Positions 9,338 to 19,750 of a DNA stretch of 64,000 bases are shown here, in pieces. Under the pieces are notes generated by a model that was not told the DNA's origin, ran no database searches, and was given only the letters and a program-made list of their open reading frames with translations. The stretch's first letter is position 1. Each line of letters opens with the position of its first letter. The translations under genes were made by a program, and so were the position numbers. This DNA is from Candidatus Hermodarchaeota archaeon (lineage in GTDB: Archaea > Asgardarchaeota > Hermodarchaeia > Hermodarchaeales > Hermodarchaeaceae), in contig JAEOTO010000015.1 in assembly GCA_016839805.1 (NCBI GenBank), positions 1 to 64,000 on the forward strand, read 5' to 3'.

Positions 9338-10195
9338 TCATTTGAATGAGGGAATGACATCGCGGGCAAAACTTTGTATCGATTCAATGAACTTCTCATT
9401 TCGTGGTATTGACATGAGGAAATAACTCGCACCTGATTCTTTTGCGGCTTCAACATGCTTGATGAATTCCCCAGAATTATAGGCACCCATCGTCATCATT
9501 GGACCTTCCATAAAGGCGATTTTATTTGCACGCTTGGCTTTTTTGGCTGCTGTCACCACTATTTTTTTCCTCTCGGCATAGGGTTCACTTTCGCCAAATT
9601 GGGGGATGTAAATGATGTCTCCGTATTTGCCTGCAAGTCGAAGCATACGGTGTTTTCTTCCTCCAAAAAGGAGAAGTGGGTAGGGCTGTTGAATCGGTTT
9701 AGGGTCTAATACAGCTTCTTTTGCTTGGTAGAATTTTCCTTTGAAGGAGACTTCGTTTTCTGTCCACAGCTTGATCATAAGTTCGAGCCCCTCTACGGTC
9801 TTATCCACGCGCACTTTGGGTTCATTCCATTCGCTGTATCCTTCAAATTCCACTTGAGACCATCCTGCACCCACACCAAATACCACTCTGCCTCCAGATA
9901 TGACATCGAGTGTCGAAACCATTTTCGCCATGATGCTTGGTGGACGAAACGGAATCGGTGTAACTAGCGTTCCCAATTGAATTTGTTTGGTTTTACCAGC
10001 AAGATAACTTAGTGCAACCCACGTTTCTAATGTTGTGTTAGCATCTGGGCGGTGCATCCATTCCGTTTGTCCCCACATATAATGATCAGGCATCAATGCG
10101 CCATCAAAATCCAGTTTATCTGCTTCCACGACGGCTTTCTCAATCAATGCAAAATCATTGGACCAATTACCTAGTCCTGCAATAAAGAATTTCAT
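9338..10195 (-). CDS. LLM-class (luciferase-like) flavin/F420-dependent oxidoreductase
   Basis: PDH, LGTLVTP, TLDVISGGR, GVGAGW, PKPIQQP motifs. Confidence 0.93.
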   Translation of the reverse strand: MKFFIAGLGNWSNDFALIEKAVVEADKLDFDGALMPDHYMWGQTEWMHRPDANTTLETWVALSYLAGKTKQIQLGTLVTPIPFRPPSIMAKMVSTLDVISGGRVVFGVGAGWSQVEFEGYSEWNEPKVRVDKTVEGLELMIKLWTENEVSFKGKFYQAKEAVLDPKPIQQPYPLLLFGGRKHRMLRLAGKYGDIIYIPQFGESEPYAERKKIVVTAAKKAKRANKIAFMEGPMMTMGAYNSGEFIKHVEAAKESGASYFLMSIPRNEKFIESIQSFARDVIPSFK

Positions 10196-10326
10196 TTTGA
10201 ATTCCCTACAGGAAATCAATCGAGCTTATTTTTTAGTTTGACTCTTTTTTTAGTACATTTTCAAATTTTAATCTGAATATTGGAGCTATTAAGGACAAGT
10301 AAAAATCGTCTACGGGATCTATTCCG

Positions 10327-10836
10327 CTACAAAGTCATGTGAAACACATACATGGTTTCTATATTCCCTTCGAGTCCCTTCATCTCAAGACCAGAAGCTT
10401 CTTTGTATCCACGTGTTCGGCAGATTGCGATGGCTGCGGGATGATAGGCGTAGTAAATGATGTTTCGATGTCCTTGCTGTCGCATGAAGTCCTCAAAGAA
10501 GGCAAAGAATGCTTTTCCATAGCCTTTCCCACGATGTTTTTTGGTCAGCCAAATTTCGTGGAGTTCAACTAAATCACTTTTCTCTCCGAGTAGCTCCTCT
10601 AGGATTTCCTGATCGTCATGGTCTCGGGGGTCTCCGGGTCGGTGTTCTTCAGTACTCGCTTCATGCCAAATTGCGTGGCCAATAATCTGGTCGTTTTCCC
10701 TCCAGATAATAAGGTAGGACGGATTCTCCTTGACCAAATTTTTCTCGGTTTCATCGAGTTTTTCAAAGGTGGTCTCATAATATTGCTTGAACTAGTCGAA
10801 ATCACACCCTACCTGTATGCTCATCTCCTTTGTCAT
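10327..10836 (-). pseudogene. GNAT acetyltransferase with in-frame TAG at codon 15 (intact ORF 10327-10737)
   Basis: HRGKGYG motif A; the frame continues upstream through TAG (10792-10794) to ATG 10824/10836: MTKEMSIQVGCDFD*FKQYYE. Confidence 0.7.
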
Positions 10837-10869
10837 CGGAATTTTTTCCTTCTCACAATTTGGTTGTAG

Positions 10870-11415
10870 TCATATTTTCTTAATTATGTCGTTGCCTGCT
10901 TGTCGTGCAGCTGATAAAATGTCTGGGGCGCTGCGGACTTCTCCTCGTTTTCCAAATCCTGGTGCCAGGATAGTTGCGAAATGTTCCATACCTAAATAAC
11001 TCAAGATGTCGTCTAGCATGTCGACTGTGTGACGGGCATAACTCTCCGAACCGCCACCACAAGGGATTGTTAGAATAGTCTTTTTTCCACGAAAGAGAGT
11101 CCGTGGGATGCTAACCCATCGGTCCAAGAAGGCTTTGAATTGAGCGGAAGGTCCCCACCAATAAATGGGTGTACCCAAGACCCAGGCCTGACTCTCTTGC
11201 ATCTTCACAATTACCATTTTCATATCATCATCTTGCACGCATTCGTGGGTTTTTGAACAAGCAAAGCATCCCTTACAAGGACGAATATCAAGGGCATCAA
11301 GAATTATTTTCTCAATTTCTGCACCTGCTTCCGTAGCTCCGTCCAAGATTTCATCAACAAGAATCTCTGTATTGCCTCCACGCCGGGGACTTCCTACAAC
11401 ACCTAGGATTTGCAA
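10870..11415 (-). CDS. Iron-sulfur flavoprotein / flavodoxin-like NADPH-dependent FMN reductase
   Basis: GSPRRGGNT, CxxCxxCx5C, GTPIYW, KAFLDR. Confidence 0.92.
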   Translation of the reverse strand: MQILGVVGSPRRGGNTEILVDEILDGATEAGAEIEKIILDALDIRPCKGCFACSKTHECVQDDDMKMVIVKMQESQAWVLGTPIYWWGPSAQFKAFLDRWVSIPRTLFRGKKTILTIPCGGGSESYARHTVDMLDDILSYLGMEHFATILAPGFGKRGEVRSAPDILSAARQAGNDIIKKI

Positions 11416-11418
11416 TGT

Positions 11419-11889
11419 TCATTCACCCTCATCATAGGCATATTTGCAGTAGACTTCTCCATCCAAAATCGTTGAAACCCGGTTCATTCGAATTTTCGGG
11501 TTATAACCTTCGATCTTCGCGAAATCAATTTCGCAATACAGCTTACCTAATTCCACTTCACCTCGTTCAATCCATGGCTCCGCATAACAGCAGTAGGTCA
11601 CACCCTCTTCATCGACTTCCCAGCCCAACGAGGGCAACCGTTGAAATTTGAAGAAGTTTTCAAGCGTTAAATCCAAACCAGCCGCTAATACCTTATCACG
11701 AATTACGGTGCCGCGCTCAACCCCATAGCTGCGGACGGCCTTCAGGATCAGCTCCTTACCTCTCTCATCTCCTAACTTATCGACGAGTGTTTTAGCAAAA
11801 TGATAATAAAGGAGTCCAAAGAGGTTGCCCATACGACGAACCTGCCTGGTGCATTCCTCTGTGGTGATTTTTTCTGCCATAATCATCAT
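11419..11889 (-). CDS. ATC-hydrolase (L-2-amino-thiazoline-4-carboxylic acid hydrolase) family protein
   Basis: YGxERG helix, CxYAExW, LYCEID, GYNP and G-x-x-x-C pattern. Confidence 0.75.
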   Translation of the reverse strand: MMIMAEKITTEECTRQVRRMGNLFGLLYYHFAKTLVDKLGDERGKELILKAVRSYGVERGTVIRDKVLAAGLDLTLENFFKFQRLPSLGWEVDEEGVTYCCYAEPWIERGEVELGKLYCEIDFAKIEGYNPKIRMNRVSTILDGEVYCKYAYDEGE

Positions 11890-12174
11890 CCATCTTTATT
11901 TGAATAAGGAGGGGTGAAACTAGTAGAAATTTGTAATCGCTTTTCCGTTTTATTTGTCTCATCGGTGGATAAGATTAATCTTTTGACGGAAAGCTTTATA
12001 TCGTAGTTCAAGAGCATGTTCTCACTAATTGAGAATAATGGGACGTTCAATGAACTCATTTGAAACGATCTGCTAGTCACAATCTGTGACCTCGTTGTGT
12101 GAGTCCTCCTTTAATATGGTCACTCAGTCGGGCTCATTGAATTAAGATCAAACAAAAACTATTGGTGGAATTAC

Positions 12175-13746
12175 ATGAGCCGATATAGTCGGATGCTGGG
12201 GTTCACTGAACCATCACCAAAAGCAACCCGGTTAGCCTCAGTGGTCTTGCTCCTAGGCTCTGCATGGTCCATTGCCTTCCAAATTTCCACCACTTTCTGG
12301 ATGATATCCATTGCCGAAGTTCTCGGTGGGGGCGACTATTTACTCGGGATGGCAATGGTAGGACTTCTTGTTATTATTCGAATCGTGGTGCAAACACTTC
12401 TCGATTATCCTACCGGAGCCCTTGGTGATTGGATTGGGCAACGCTGGATCATTGCCTCTGCATTAATCTGTTATAGTATCTCATTTTGGTTAACAGCCAT
12501 TGCAACCTCTGGTGCAGCCGTGCCTTTCTGGGTGTTCATCATCATCTATGCCCTCATGGGGCTGGGTGCTTCTCAGGAGAGTGGAGCTATGCCTGCTTGG
12601 TTTGATAACAACTATCGAGTAGCTATGCCCAATGATACAGAACGAAAACAATACGGAGTATTTTGGTCACGAGCCGGAATGGTCTTCCAGCTCATCTCAA
12701 CACTTGTTCTTATCCCAGGCAGCTTCCTTGCATTGATACAAGGTCGAAGTTGGGTCTTCCAAATACAAGCCATCCTCTTCATCTTCCTTGCAGCTCTAGC
12801 CTTGATTTTCATTCGAGACCTCCCTGGAGTTCGCAAACAAGAAGAACAGCGGATTAACTTCCGGGAATACGGCAAGCTCCTCAAAGACGGTGTTCGTTTC
12901 ATAGGCTCATCCAAATTTGTTACCTTCACAATGGTTGGTGAGATGTTAATGTGGGCGATAGGTATTGTATGGTGGGAAATTCTTCTCTTCCCGCTTTACT
13001 TCGGGTACCTACTTAGTGATATTGCAGTCTCAACGTTTCGGACCTCAATGTTTGCTCCCATGGTGGTTTCAGCTGAACGGAGTGGAGTCGTTTCTCAGCG
13101 CTTTGATCCAGTGAAATGGATTCCCCGACTACGTTTGATCCAATTTGGAAGTTTTGCCTTCTTTATGGGCCTCATGGCTATTACCGTTATTTTTCCACCG
13201 CCGGTTGGGCTCGTTCAGTTCATCACCGTTTATCTCCCGTTCACGGCAATGCCATTTATGATCTTACCACTTGTTTCCATTGTACCAATTATTTTAATCT
13301 GGGTTCTATTCGTTGGCACAGATACCATTGGTCGGATTACAGAAGTGCTGAATGGCCGAGTAATGTTGGATGTCTTTCCTAACCGCATCCGAAACTGTAT
13401 GTATAGCCTCCGTCCAACCATCGCATTTCTCCTTTCGATTCCACTGATCTTCCTCATCAGTCAATTATTACCCTTCGTCGGCTTCCCCGCGGTTTTTATC
13501 ATCGCAGCTATTGTTGCATTGACTGGAGCAGTCCTTGTTCGCAAGGGTTTCCAACATCCGATTCCCAAAGACGAGTCTATTGAAGAGGTTCTTAGTGAGG
13601 TCGAAGATGAAATACCCGAAATATCTGAAACAGGTATTCCTAAACTCCCCATTCCTGCTGAGATACCTGTACAAGCTCAAGAGGAAGTCAGCAAATCAAG
13701 AGTCAAATTAGAAGCCAGCCAATTGGCTGAAGAAACCAGTGGCTGA
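12175..13746 (+). CDS. MFS transporter
   Basis: About 12 TM segments; DYPTGALGDWIGQR motif A; ESGA; acidic C-terminal tail. Confidence 0.88.
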   Translation: MSRYSRMLGFTEPSPKATRLASVVLLLGSAWSIAFQISTTFWMISIAEVLGGGDYLLGMAMVGLLVIIRIVVQTLLDYPTGALGDWIGQRWIIASALICYSISFWLTAIATSGAAVPFWVFIIIYALMGLGASQESGAMPAWFDNNYRVAMPNDTERKQYGVFWSRAGMVFQLISTLVLIPGSFLALIQGRSWVFQIQAILFIFLAALALIFIRDLPGVRKQEEQRINFREYGKLLKDGVRFIGSSKFVTFTMVGEMLMWAIGIVWWEILLFPLYFGYLLSDIAVSTFRTSMFAPMVVSAERSGVVSQRFDPVKWIPRLRLIQFGSFAFFMGLMAITVIFPPPVGLVQFITVYLPFTAMPFMILPLVSIVPIILIWVLFVGTDTIGRITEVLNGRVMLDVFPNRIRNCMYSLRPTIAFLLSIPLIFLISQLLPFVGFPAVFIIAAIVALTGAVLVRKGFQHPIPKDESIEEVLSEVEDEIPEISETGIPKLPIPAEIPVQAQEEVSKSRVKLEASQLAEETSG

Positions 13747-13792
13747 ACTTCGTTTTCCTACCATAATGTGCTGTATTTCTACTAATTGATTG

Positions 13793-14314
13793 CTACTTAT
13801 CAGTTGATTTTGGAAGCCAGGGGCTTCGACGAGGAATCCATCGTGGTACATTCTGCTTATACTCTCGGTATTTGTTTCCAAATCGTCGTTCTAAGTCGGG
13901 TTCTTCCCTCCGAACAAACCAGATATGGTTCATAGTCCAAAAAACAATGAACCAGAGAAAAATGAGGGTAGCTCCAAAGAGAATAGCTTCCCCTAAAAGT
14001 GTCAGCAGCACGCCCAGTATCATCGGATTCCGAACATACCGGTAGAGCCCAACAGCGACAAAATGTTGGGTAGGAGCCCACGGAGCGAGTGTGCCTTTCC
14101 CTATACGGGCAAAGGCACGATTAGTTTTGTATTGAGTGACAAGTCCAACTACGATGAGTATTACTCCCAGAATCAGGGTCAAGAGACTGAAGGGGTAAAT
14201 GAACAGCTAGGATATTCCTGACCAGATTGAGAGCAGAAGTAAGATTATGGGAACAAGGACGGTGACTGTGAAAGGGAGGAAAAGGATGGCAAAGAAGTGT
14301 TGTCTAGCAGACAT
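13793..14314 (-). pseudogene. ICMT/PEMT-family membrane methyltransferase with in-frame TAG at codon 36 (intact ORF 13793-14182)
   Basis: GLYRYVRNPM, EEPDLERRFG, VPRWIP; upstream in-frame TM segment MSARQHFFAILFLPFTVTVLVP... separated by TAG at 14207-14209. Confidence 0.75.
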
Positions 14315-14379
14315 GAGGACTCGCTCACAGTTCCGAGTCATTATAGATTTAAAGGGTCTAAATTCCAATAGCTCTTCCG

Positions 14380-14895
14380 GTGTTATTTGTGTCTAAACTC
14401 AATGAGAGTGAATTCAAAAGCCCGTTCGCCTTTGGGTTAGCCCGACAATTTCACGGCATGTGGGCTATGCTTATGCAGGGTATTGAGAAAATCCCAGATG
14501 GTGAATGGCACCATGGACGGGATAAATGGTTTTACTCCCTGCGTGTTTATCATATCATCGAAACTTCCGAGTTCTATGCCCGAGATACCCATGAGGGGAT
14601 GCAGTGGGGGAAACGCTTAGGAAAGGTCAACTGGTGGGAAGAAATGAGCCATGAGGAAGCAGCGAAACTGGTACCAAAAAAGGAAGTCATCAAATACATG
14701 GGTGAAATGAAACGGCGCATCACCAAGCAACTCAAAGCTTTTTCTGATGAGGATCTCGTGAAGACGGATGACTTTCATTGGTTTTCTGGCATCTATGAGA
14801 AGTACATCTATTTACTGCGCCACAACAGTTACCATATCGGTGAACTGACCTACGCTCTTCACACACTTGAATGTGAGCGTATTGAATGGGGATAG
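14380..14895 (+). CDS. DinB/YfiT-like four-helix metalloprotein
   Basis: YHII early His and RHNSYHIGEL (HxxxH) triad. Confidence 0.8.
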   Translation: MLFVSKLNESEFKSPFAFGLARQFHGMWAMLMQGIEKIPDGEWHHGRDKWFYSLRVYHIIETSEFYARDTHEGMQWGKRLGKVNWWEEMSHEEAAKLVPKKEVIKYMGEMKRRITKQLKAFSDEDLVKTDDFHWFSGIYEKYIYLLRHNSYHIGELTYALHTLECERIEWG

Positions 14896-15037
14896 GAGAT
14901 GATAATCCTGTGAGCCTAAATGAAAAGATTGACGATTCTATTCACCGGTTATAAAAACGATCAAATAAGGAGTAAATGAAGAAAAAAGAGAAAGGCATCC
15001 TCAAACTATGAGCCACATAAAACGAGGGGCCTGTTAC

Positions 15038-15247
15038 TTACTTGGGTGTTGGTTTAGTATCAACGCGTCCACGGCAAAGATACCATGCAAGCACAATGAT
15101 TAACAAGACAATGCCGGTGACCAAGAAAACCATTGCAACAGTGAACATCAACGGTATGAGGAACCAAACAGTACCACCAACAATAATCAACACAATTCCA
15201 AGGATAATTAACAGAATTACTAACCATGAACTTTTTTGTGACAACAC
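15038..15247 (-). CDS. Small two-TM membrane protein
   Basis: Two hydrophobic helices and a basic tail; fills the intergenic gap. Confidence 0.6.
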   Translation of the reverse strand: MLSQKSSWLVILLIILGIVLIIVGGTVWFLIPLMFTVAMVFLVTGIVLLIIVLAWYLCRGRVDTKPTPK

Positions 15248-15336
15248 TTTATTTCCCCTATTGGGTTTTGTGGTCCTATCGAGCCTCTTCCTATAAATGC
15301 GATAGATCTTACCAGAGGCACATCTATGAGTGAACC

Positions 15337-16056
15337 TCAGAGTTGCACTAGCTTTGGGAGTTCACGGGCAATTTTCACAGAATGTGCTGCTTCTTTGGGG
15401 AGGGGTGCAATTCCATCAAATCCTGTCTTCTCAACGTAATCAATCAGCATTAATCGGAGTTCCTCTGGATCCCATTTCGCCATTTTTTCAAGAGTGTCCA
15501 CACCGGCATCGTAGTATAAACGGGCACGAATTCCTTTGACGCCAGGTAATCTCGCCAAGTCGGATAATTTCACTAATTCTAAAATGGCTTCTTCCGGGAT
15601 TTCTAGCTCGCTGGCTAATTTAGCCCTTTGAGTGGGAGTAGCTCCCCTGGTTAGCATTTGTTTTACGTCGCGGATACCAGCGGCTTCAAGTTTAGTCATA
15701 TAATCGAGGTTAACACCTCGGAAATCGCGTAAGAGAAAAGCTTTGCGTGTTTTTGCGGTTCGTTCTTCTCTAAGCTCTGATGCTCGTCTTGTCATGGCTC
15801 TATTGCCTGTGAATCTGTAGTAGTATCGAATCCCCCACAACTGGCCTTTCGCAGATATCTCTTGATCTTTTTCATACCATGTAACATAGGCTTCTAAATC
15901 ATCAGGAGTGGCCTGGTCAATGGTTTTACCTTCAACAAACTTGTGTAAATAAACTTCATAACTGCGGACAATACGGACAACATTATCCACCGTATGGGGT
16001 TTACGTCCACCACGTTTGAGAAATTGGCGAAACTCTTCCTCATCCATATTTGTCAC
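15337..16056 (-). CDS. DUF4332 (HhH) protein with integrase SAM-like N-terminal domain
   Basis: SDLARLPGV, AGVDTLEK HhH motifs; N-terminal FRQFL..GRKPHT..IDQATPDDLEAY. Confidence 0.8.
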   Translation of the reverse strand: MTNMDEEEFRQFLKRGGRKPHTVDNVVRIVRSYEVYLHKFVEGKTIDQATPDDLEAYVTWYEKDQEISAKGQLWGIRYYYRFTGNRAMTRRASELREERTAKTRKAFLLRDFRGVNLDYMTKLEAAGIRDVKQMLTRGATPTQRAKLASELEIPEEAILELVKLSDLARLPGVKGIRARLYYDAGVDTLEKMAKWDPEELRLMLIDYVEKTGFDGIAPLPKEAAHSVKIARELPKLVQL

Positions 16057-16182
16057 ACCTTCAAGCTGGGGGCTATTTATGCTGAGGGTATTAATTTATG
16101 TTCTTTCGATCATCTATGGTTTCTCTTACCTATTTTCGATATTAGTTGAGTGTGTGAGAAATTTTTATGGAGTAGATGAGAA

Positions 16183-16551
16183 TTGACTATTATGTCTTTT
16201 TCAACAAAACGGTTTCAGTTGGTGATGGAGGTAGGAGGAGGTGATCGTGAACGATTGATGAGCCGTTCTTTTGTGGAAGCGTTGATTTTGAAGGTGGCGG
16301 AATTGAGTGGGATGGATGTGTTGCATGGACCGGTAATAGTGGAGGGGAGGCCGCATAATCCGGGGTTGACAGGATTTGCAGTGATCGATTATTCACATAT
16401 CGCGGTACATACCTTCCCTAATTCGGGAGACTTGTTTCTGGACTTATGCTCCTGTAAAGTGTTTGATGCGCAAATTATCGAAGATTACGTTCAACGGAGT
16501 TTAAATGTGGATAAATCCATGATTAAGAGTACCCGTCTAAACCTTGAATGA
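16183..16551 (+). CDS. speD: Pyruvoyl-dependent S-adenosylmethionine decarboxylase family proenzyme (substrate uncertain)
   Basis: GLTGFAVI-DYSHIAVHTFP and DLCSC motifs. Confidence 0.75.
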   Translation: MTIMSFSTKRFQLVMEVGGGDRERLMSRSFVEALILKVAELSGMDVLHGPVIVEGRPHNPGLTGFAVIDYSHIAVHTFPNSGDLFLDLCSCKVFDAQIIEDYVQRSLNVDKSMIKSTRLNLE

Positions 16552-16568
16552 AGTTGTGTAATGCAAGA

Positions 16569-18812
16569 TTAGCGAAAGTTGAAGAGTTGGGCTTCAAGAG
16601 AATATGATGAACTAATTCTAGGAGGAGTAGAGATAATGTTGGGCAATCGATTCGCGTCAGCAAATACTGACGTGAGGGTGGGCAAATGGAAGTACATGTA
16701 TTTGAATCCTTTTCCAACAGTTCTACAAAGTACGATCACATAGATTGCATTTAATGGACATAATAACAAAATAAGGAAGAAGTTCGAATGGGGCAGGATA
16801 CCGTAGGGGATGAAGAAGAAGGGAGTAAATAGAAACATATACGGTTGAATGAACTCCTGGTCATTGCTTGAAGAATGGGGACCTACCTTAAGATCATGGA
16901 GGCTAATCTGCTCCGCCACGGTTGTATTAATAGTAAATACATGATAGTTTCCCGAACCTGTGACCTCGAATATAAGATCAGTAAGAGAGATATGGGAGAC
17001 TGGTAAAGATGAGAAGTGATAGATGAGAAAACCACACCAGTATTGTTTAGATCTTATACTCCTTTCCGACAAGCTGTTCGGAGAGATATAGACCTCATAG
17101 AGTCCTTCCGGTAAATGGTCAATGAAAATTTGGGTGTTCCATGACTCATTGACTGGTCTTTCAACTGTTACATATTGCACTCGGTTATAATCGTCAACCC
17201 AACGGAGATAGCAGTGAAGTTTTTCAACAGATGAATTTGAGGCCACAGTTAAGTTGAAACTATCCTTAACGAGATCGAATTTAAGAGGGGAACTCACATT
17301 GCAATAATGGTTCTGTGATGAATATTCGATGAATGTAGACTGGTTACTAGTAATCAGATAGTAGCTTGCTCGATTTTGTTCTCGAAAGTCCCTATACATT
17401 TTCTGAGCACAATAGATGGGCCATTCCCTGTCACCATAATCTGGTGGAGATTCATAACCTGCACGACTCGTAACGAAATAGTTCACCCCGTGTGGTGCAT
17501 AAACAAGCGAATCCTGAGGTAATTGTCCGCTCAGCATTTCAATTGATTCGAGTTCAGAGGCTGTTACACACGGTCGAACTTCTTGACTAGCTGTCCAATA
17601 AAAATATGGAATTGTGCATCCAACCAGACCAATTAACAACATAAGAGCAATCCCTACTTGAATTGACTGCTTAGGTTTCCAGCTGGATCTAAGAAAATGG
17701 AAAATGGAATTCACTCCTTTAGCTAATATTCCCGTAAGAGGGATGAGGGTAATCGCAAGAATTAGATACATTGGGACAAAGCCCATCAACTGAAAACGAA
17801 TCAACCAACCCCCTAGCGCAAATCCCATCAGAATATTAACCGCCCAAAGCATGACGACCATTCGGTCACCAAGCCTGTTTCGCTTAAGCAGAAATATTGC
17901 TCCAAGAGCTGCTAAGACTAATAACGCGCTGACAAAGATCATGTTGAACCATTCGAAAATGTTTGGCGTTGCAGGGATTAGGGGTTGTGCAATTCCAACG
18001 ATATTCAGAATCAAATTAATGGTTTCAATTTTCGTTGAATAATAAGCTGCTTTCACCAATGAACTTGATGTATACCACGTATTAGCTGCGGGAATGAAGA
18101 AATCGAAAAACGTATACACGCCTAGAAAACACAATCCTGCCAAACCAAGCGGAATGATGAGTTTTCCTAATTCCTTCGCACTCTTATGCTCTCTAAAATA
18201 TTTTAGTGCTTCATAACCCATAAAGGCAATGATGGCTGCGAAAAGCCAGGCAACGGTCATTAGGTGACTAAGGACAGTTAGTATACCCGTGAGTACAAAA
18301 CCTGCAAGGTCACTGGGCCTGTGACCATAGGCTAAATATCGGTAGAGAAACGCGATGGCAAAGGGAAGAAAAGCCAGAGCTGCCTCATTTTTAACAAGAC
18401 TGGCAGAAAACTGCAACATACTCACCTCCAAAGCTGTTAATATGCTAGCGATAGCTCCTACCCGCCAATCGCCCTGACTTAATGTAAAGGCTGCATAAAA
18501 CATACCTATGCTAAGAAGTGCTGCGAAGAAAGCGGAGGTGAGTTTCACTCCCACGATAATGTTTCCACCGCAAAGGATTGAAAAAAATGCTGCGACTGCA
18601 AATGAGAAGATTGGGGCATCATAATAGAGAAATCCGCCCGAAAGGAGTGAGTGAACGTTAATCGTGTAATAGGCTCCATCGATCCCCATTTCGATAGGAT
18701 ACGCAAGCGTGATAATAAGTCGACTAATAAAAACGAAAAGGAATAAACCCAACATAGTCAAAAGACTAAGGCGAAGCCCACCCAGCTGTCTAGGCTCATC
18801 CTCTGGCAACAT
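16569..18812 (-). CDS. GT-C fold multi-TM membrane glycosyltransferase-like protein
   Basis: GIDGAYY in first loop after TM1; more than 10 TMs; SH motif; soluble C-terminal domain plus terminal TM. Confidence 0.6.
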   Translation of the reverse strand: MLPEDEPRQLGGLRLSLLTMLGLFLFVFISRLIITLAYPIEMGIDGAYYTINVHSLLSGGFLYYDAPIFSFAVAAFFSILCGGNIIVGVKLTSAFFAALLSIGMFYAAFTLSQGDWRVGAIASILTALEVSMLQFSASLVKNEAALAFLPFAIAFLYRYLAYGHRPSDLAGFVLTGILTVLSHLMTVAWLFAAIIAFMGYEALKYFREHKSAKELGKLIIPLGLAGLCFLGVYTFFDFFIPAANTWYTSSSLVKAAYYSTKIETINLILNIVGIAQPLIPATPNIFEWFNMIFVSALLVLAALGAIFLLKRNRLGDRMVVMLWAVNILMGFALGGWLIRFQLMGFVPMYLILAITLIPLTGILAKGVNSIFHFLRSSWKPKQSIQVGIALMLLIGLVGCTIPYFYWTASQEVRPCVTASELESIEMLSGQLPQDSLVYAPHGVNYFVTSRAGYESPPDYGDREWPIYCAQKMYRDFREQNRASYYLITSNQSTFIEYSSQNHYCNVSSPLKFDLVKDSFNLTVASNSSVEKLHCYLRWVDDYNRVQYVTVERPVNESWNTQIFIDHLPEGLYEVYISPNSLSERSIRSKQYWCGFLIYHFSSLPVSHISLTDLIFEVTGSGNYHVFTINTTVAEQISLHDLKVGPHSSSNDQEFIQPYMFLFTPFFFIPYGILPHSNFFLILLLCPLNAIYVIVLCRTVGKGFKYMYFHLPTLTSVFADANRLPNIISTPPRISSSYSLEAQLFNFR

Positions 18813-18963
18813 CAGACTTCCTGATATTCATCTACCAGTCTAACTTTGTTTATATCATTCAGTACTTTTAAACAATAGCTTTTCGAAAAAGGGGTAAATG
18901 TGGTTAGAAAACGCTGTAAGCAATTCTTCCATCTAATGAAATTGGTAAATGTTCACTAGTGTA

Positions 18964-19623
18964 TCATTTATCATGATACTCACTAGTAACAGCTTTGTTG
19001 GTCATAACACTTTGTAATAAAATATTTGAAATTTCAGCCCAGGCTTTTCCTGTTTCGGATCGTTCCATTCCAAAGAGTTCATACCCCTGCAATCCATCTT
19101 GCAATGCAATCAATCCTAAAGCTAAGTGTTGTGTATTCACCTCTCGACGAATCACACCCTTTGCCTTCTGATCTTCGAAATATTCCCTCAGAAAGGATAA
19201 TGCTTCATTATACATTTCGTGCAGTGAATTCGCTAAGCTGGAATTTCGGGAAGCTTCTGACACAATCTCAAACATTAAGCTTGGTGGCCAAGTCGGTTCT
19301 GAAAAGAAAAGCGGAGTACTCCAGAGTTTATCATAGAATGTATTGGATGTGATGTCTAGTAAGTTCCCAGACTCTAATAAGGCTGAAAGCGGTTCATCGC
19401 GTACACGGCTAAAAGGAATTTGAACTACTGCTTTAAAGAGCTCATCTTTGCTTTTGAAATATTGATAAATTGTACCTTTACTAACACCAAGTTTCTTGGC
19501 AATATCAGTCATTTTGGCTTGATGAAATCCTTTCTCAGCAAACACTTGGATAGCTGCTTCGACAATCCGTTTTTTCGCTCGAATTTTATAATCGGGTAAG
19601 ACTTTGGGCATCGTTATCACCAA
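18964..19623 (-). CDS. TetR/AcrR family transcriptional regulator
   Basis: IAKKLGVSKGTIYQYFKSKDEL HTH. Confidence 0.95.
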   Translation of the reverse strand: MVITMPKVLPDYKIRAKKRIVEAAIQVFAEKGFHQAKMTDIAKKLGVSKGTIYQYFKSKDELFKAVVQIPFSRVRDEPLSALLESGNLLDITSNTFYDKLWSTPLFFSEPTWPPSLMFEIVSEASRNSSLANSLHEMYNEALSFLREYFEDQKAKGVIRREVNTQHLALGLIALQDGLQGYELFGMERSETGKAWAEISNILLQSVMTNKAVTSEYHDK

Positions 19624-19662
19624 TGATGGCTGGTTTAATTGTACATCTCATATAAAAAAGTA

Positions 19663-19689
19663 ACTGACCGGTCAGTAAGAAAACTGACC
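19663..19689. promoter_or_regulatory. Putative TetR operator
   Basis: Perfect palindrome ACTGACCGGTCAGT (19663-19676) plus extra half-site ACTGACC (19683-19689) between divergent TATA-like elements. Confidence 0.75.
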
Positions 19690-19750
19690 ACAACGTATAT
19701 ATTGTCTGAACCTCCCTCACACGAAGCTATCTAGTATCTATGTTCATGTC

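Noticed and set aside
15337-16056. Integrase or mobile element
   Set aside because: No catalytic domain, att sites or other mobility genes
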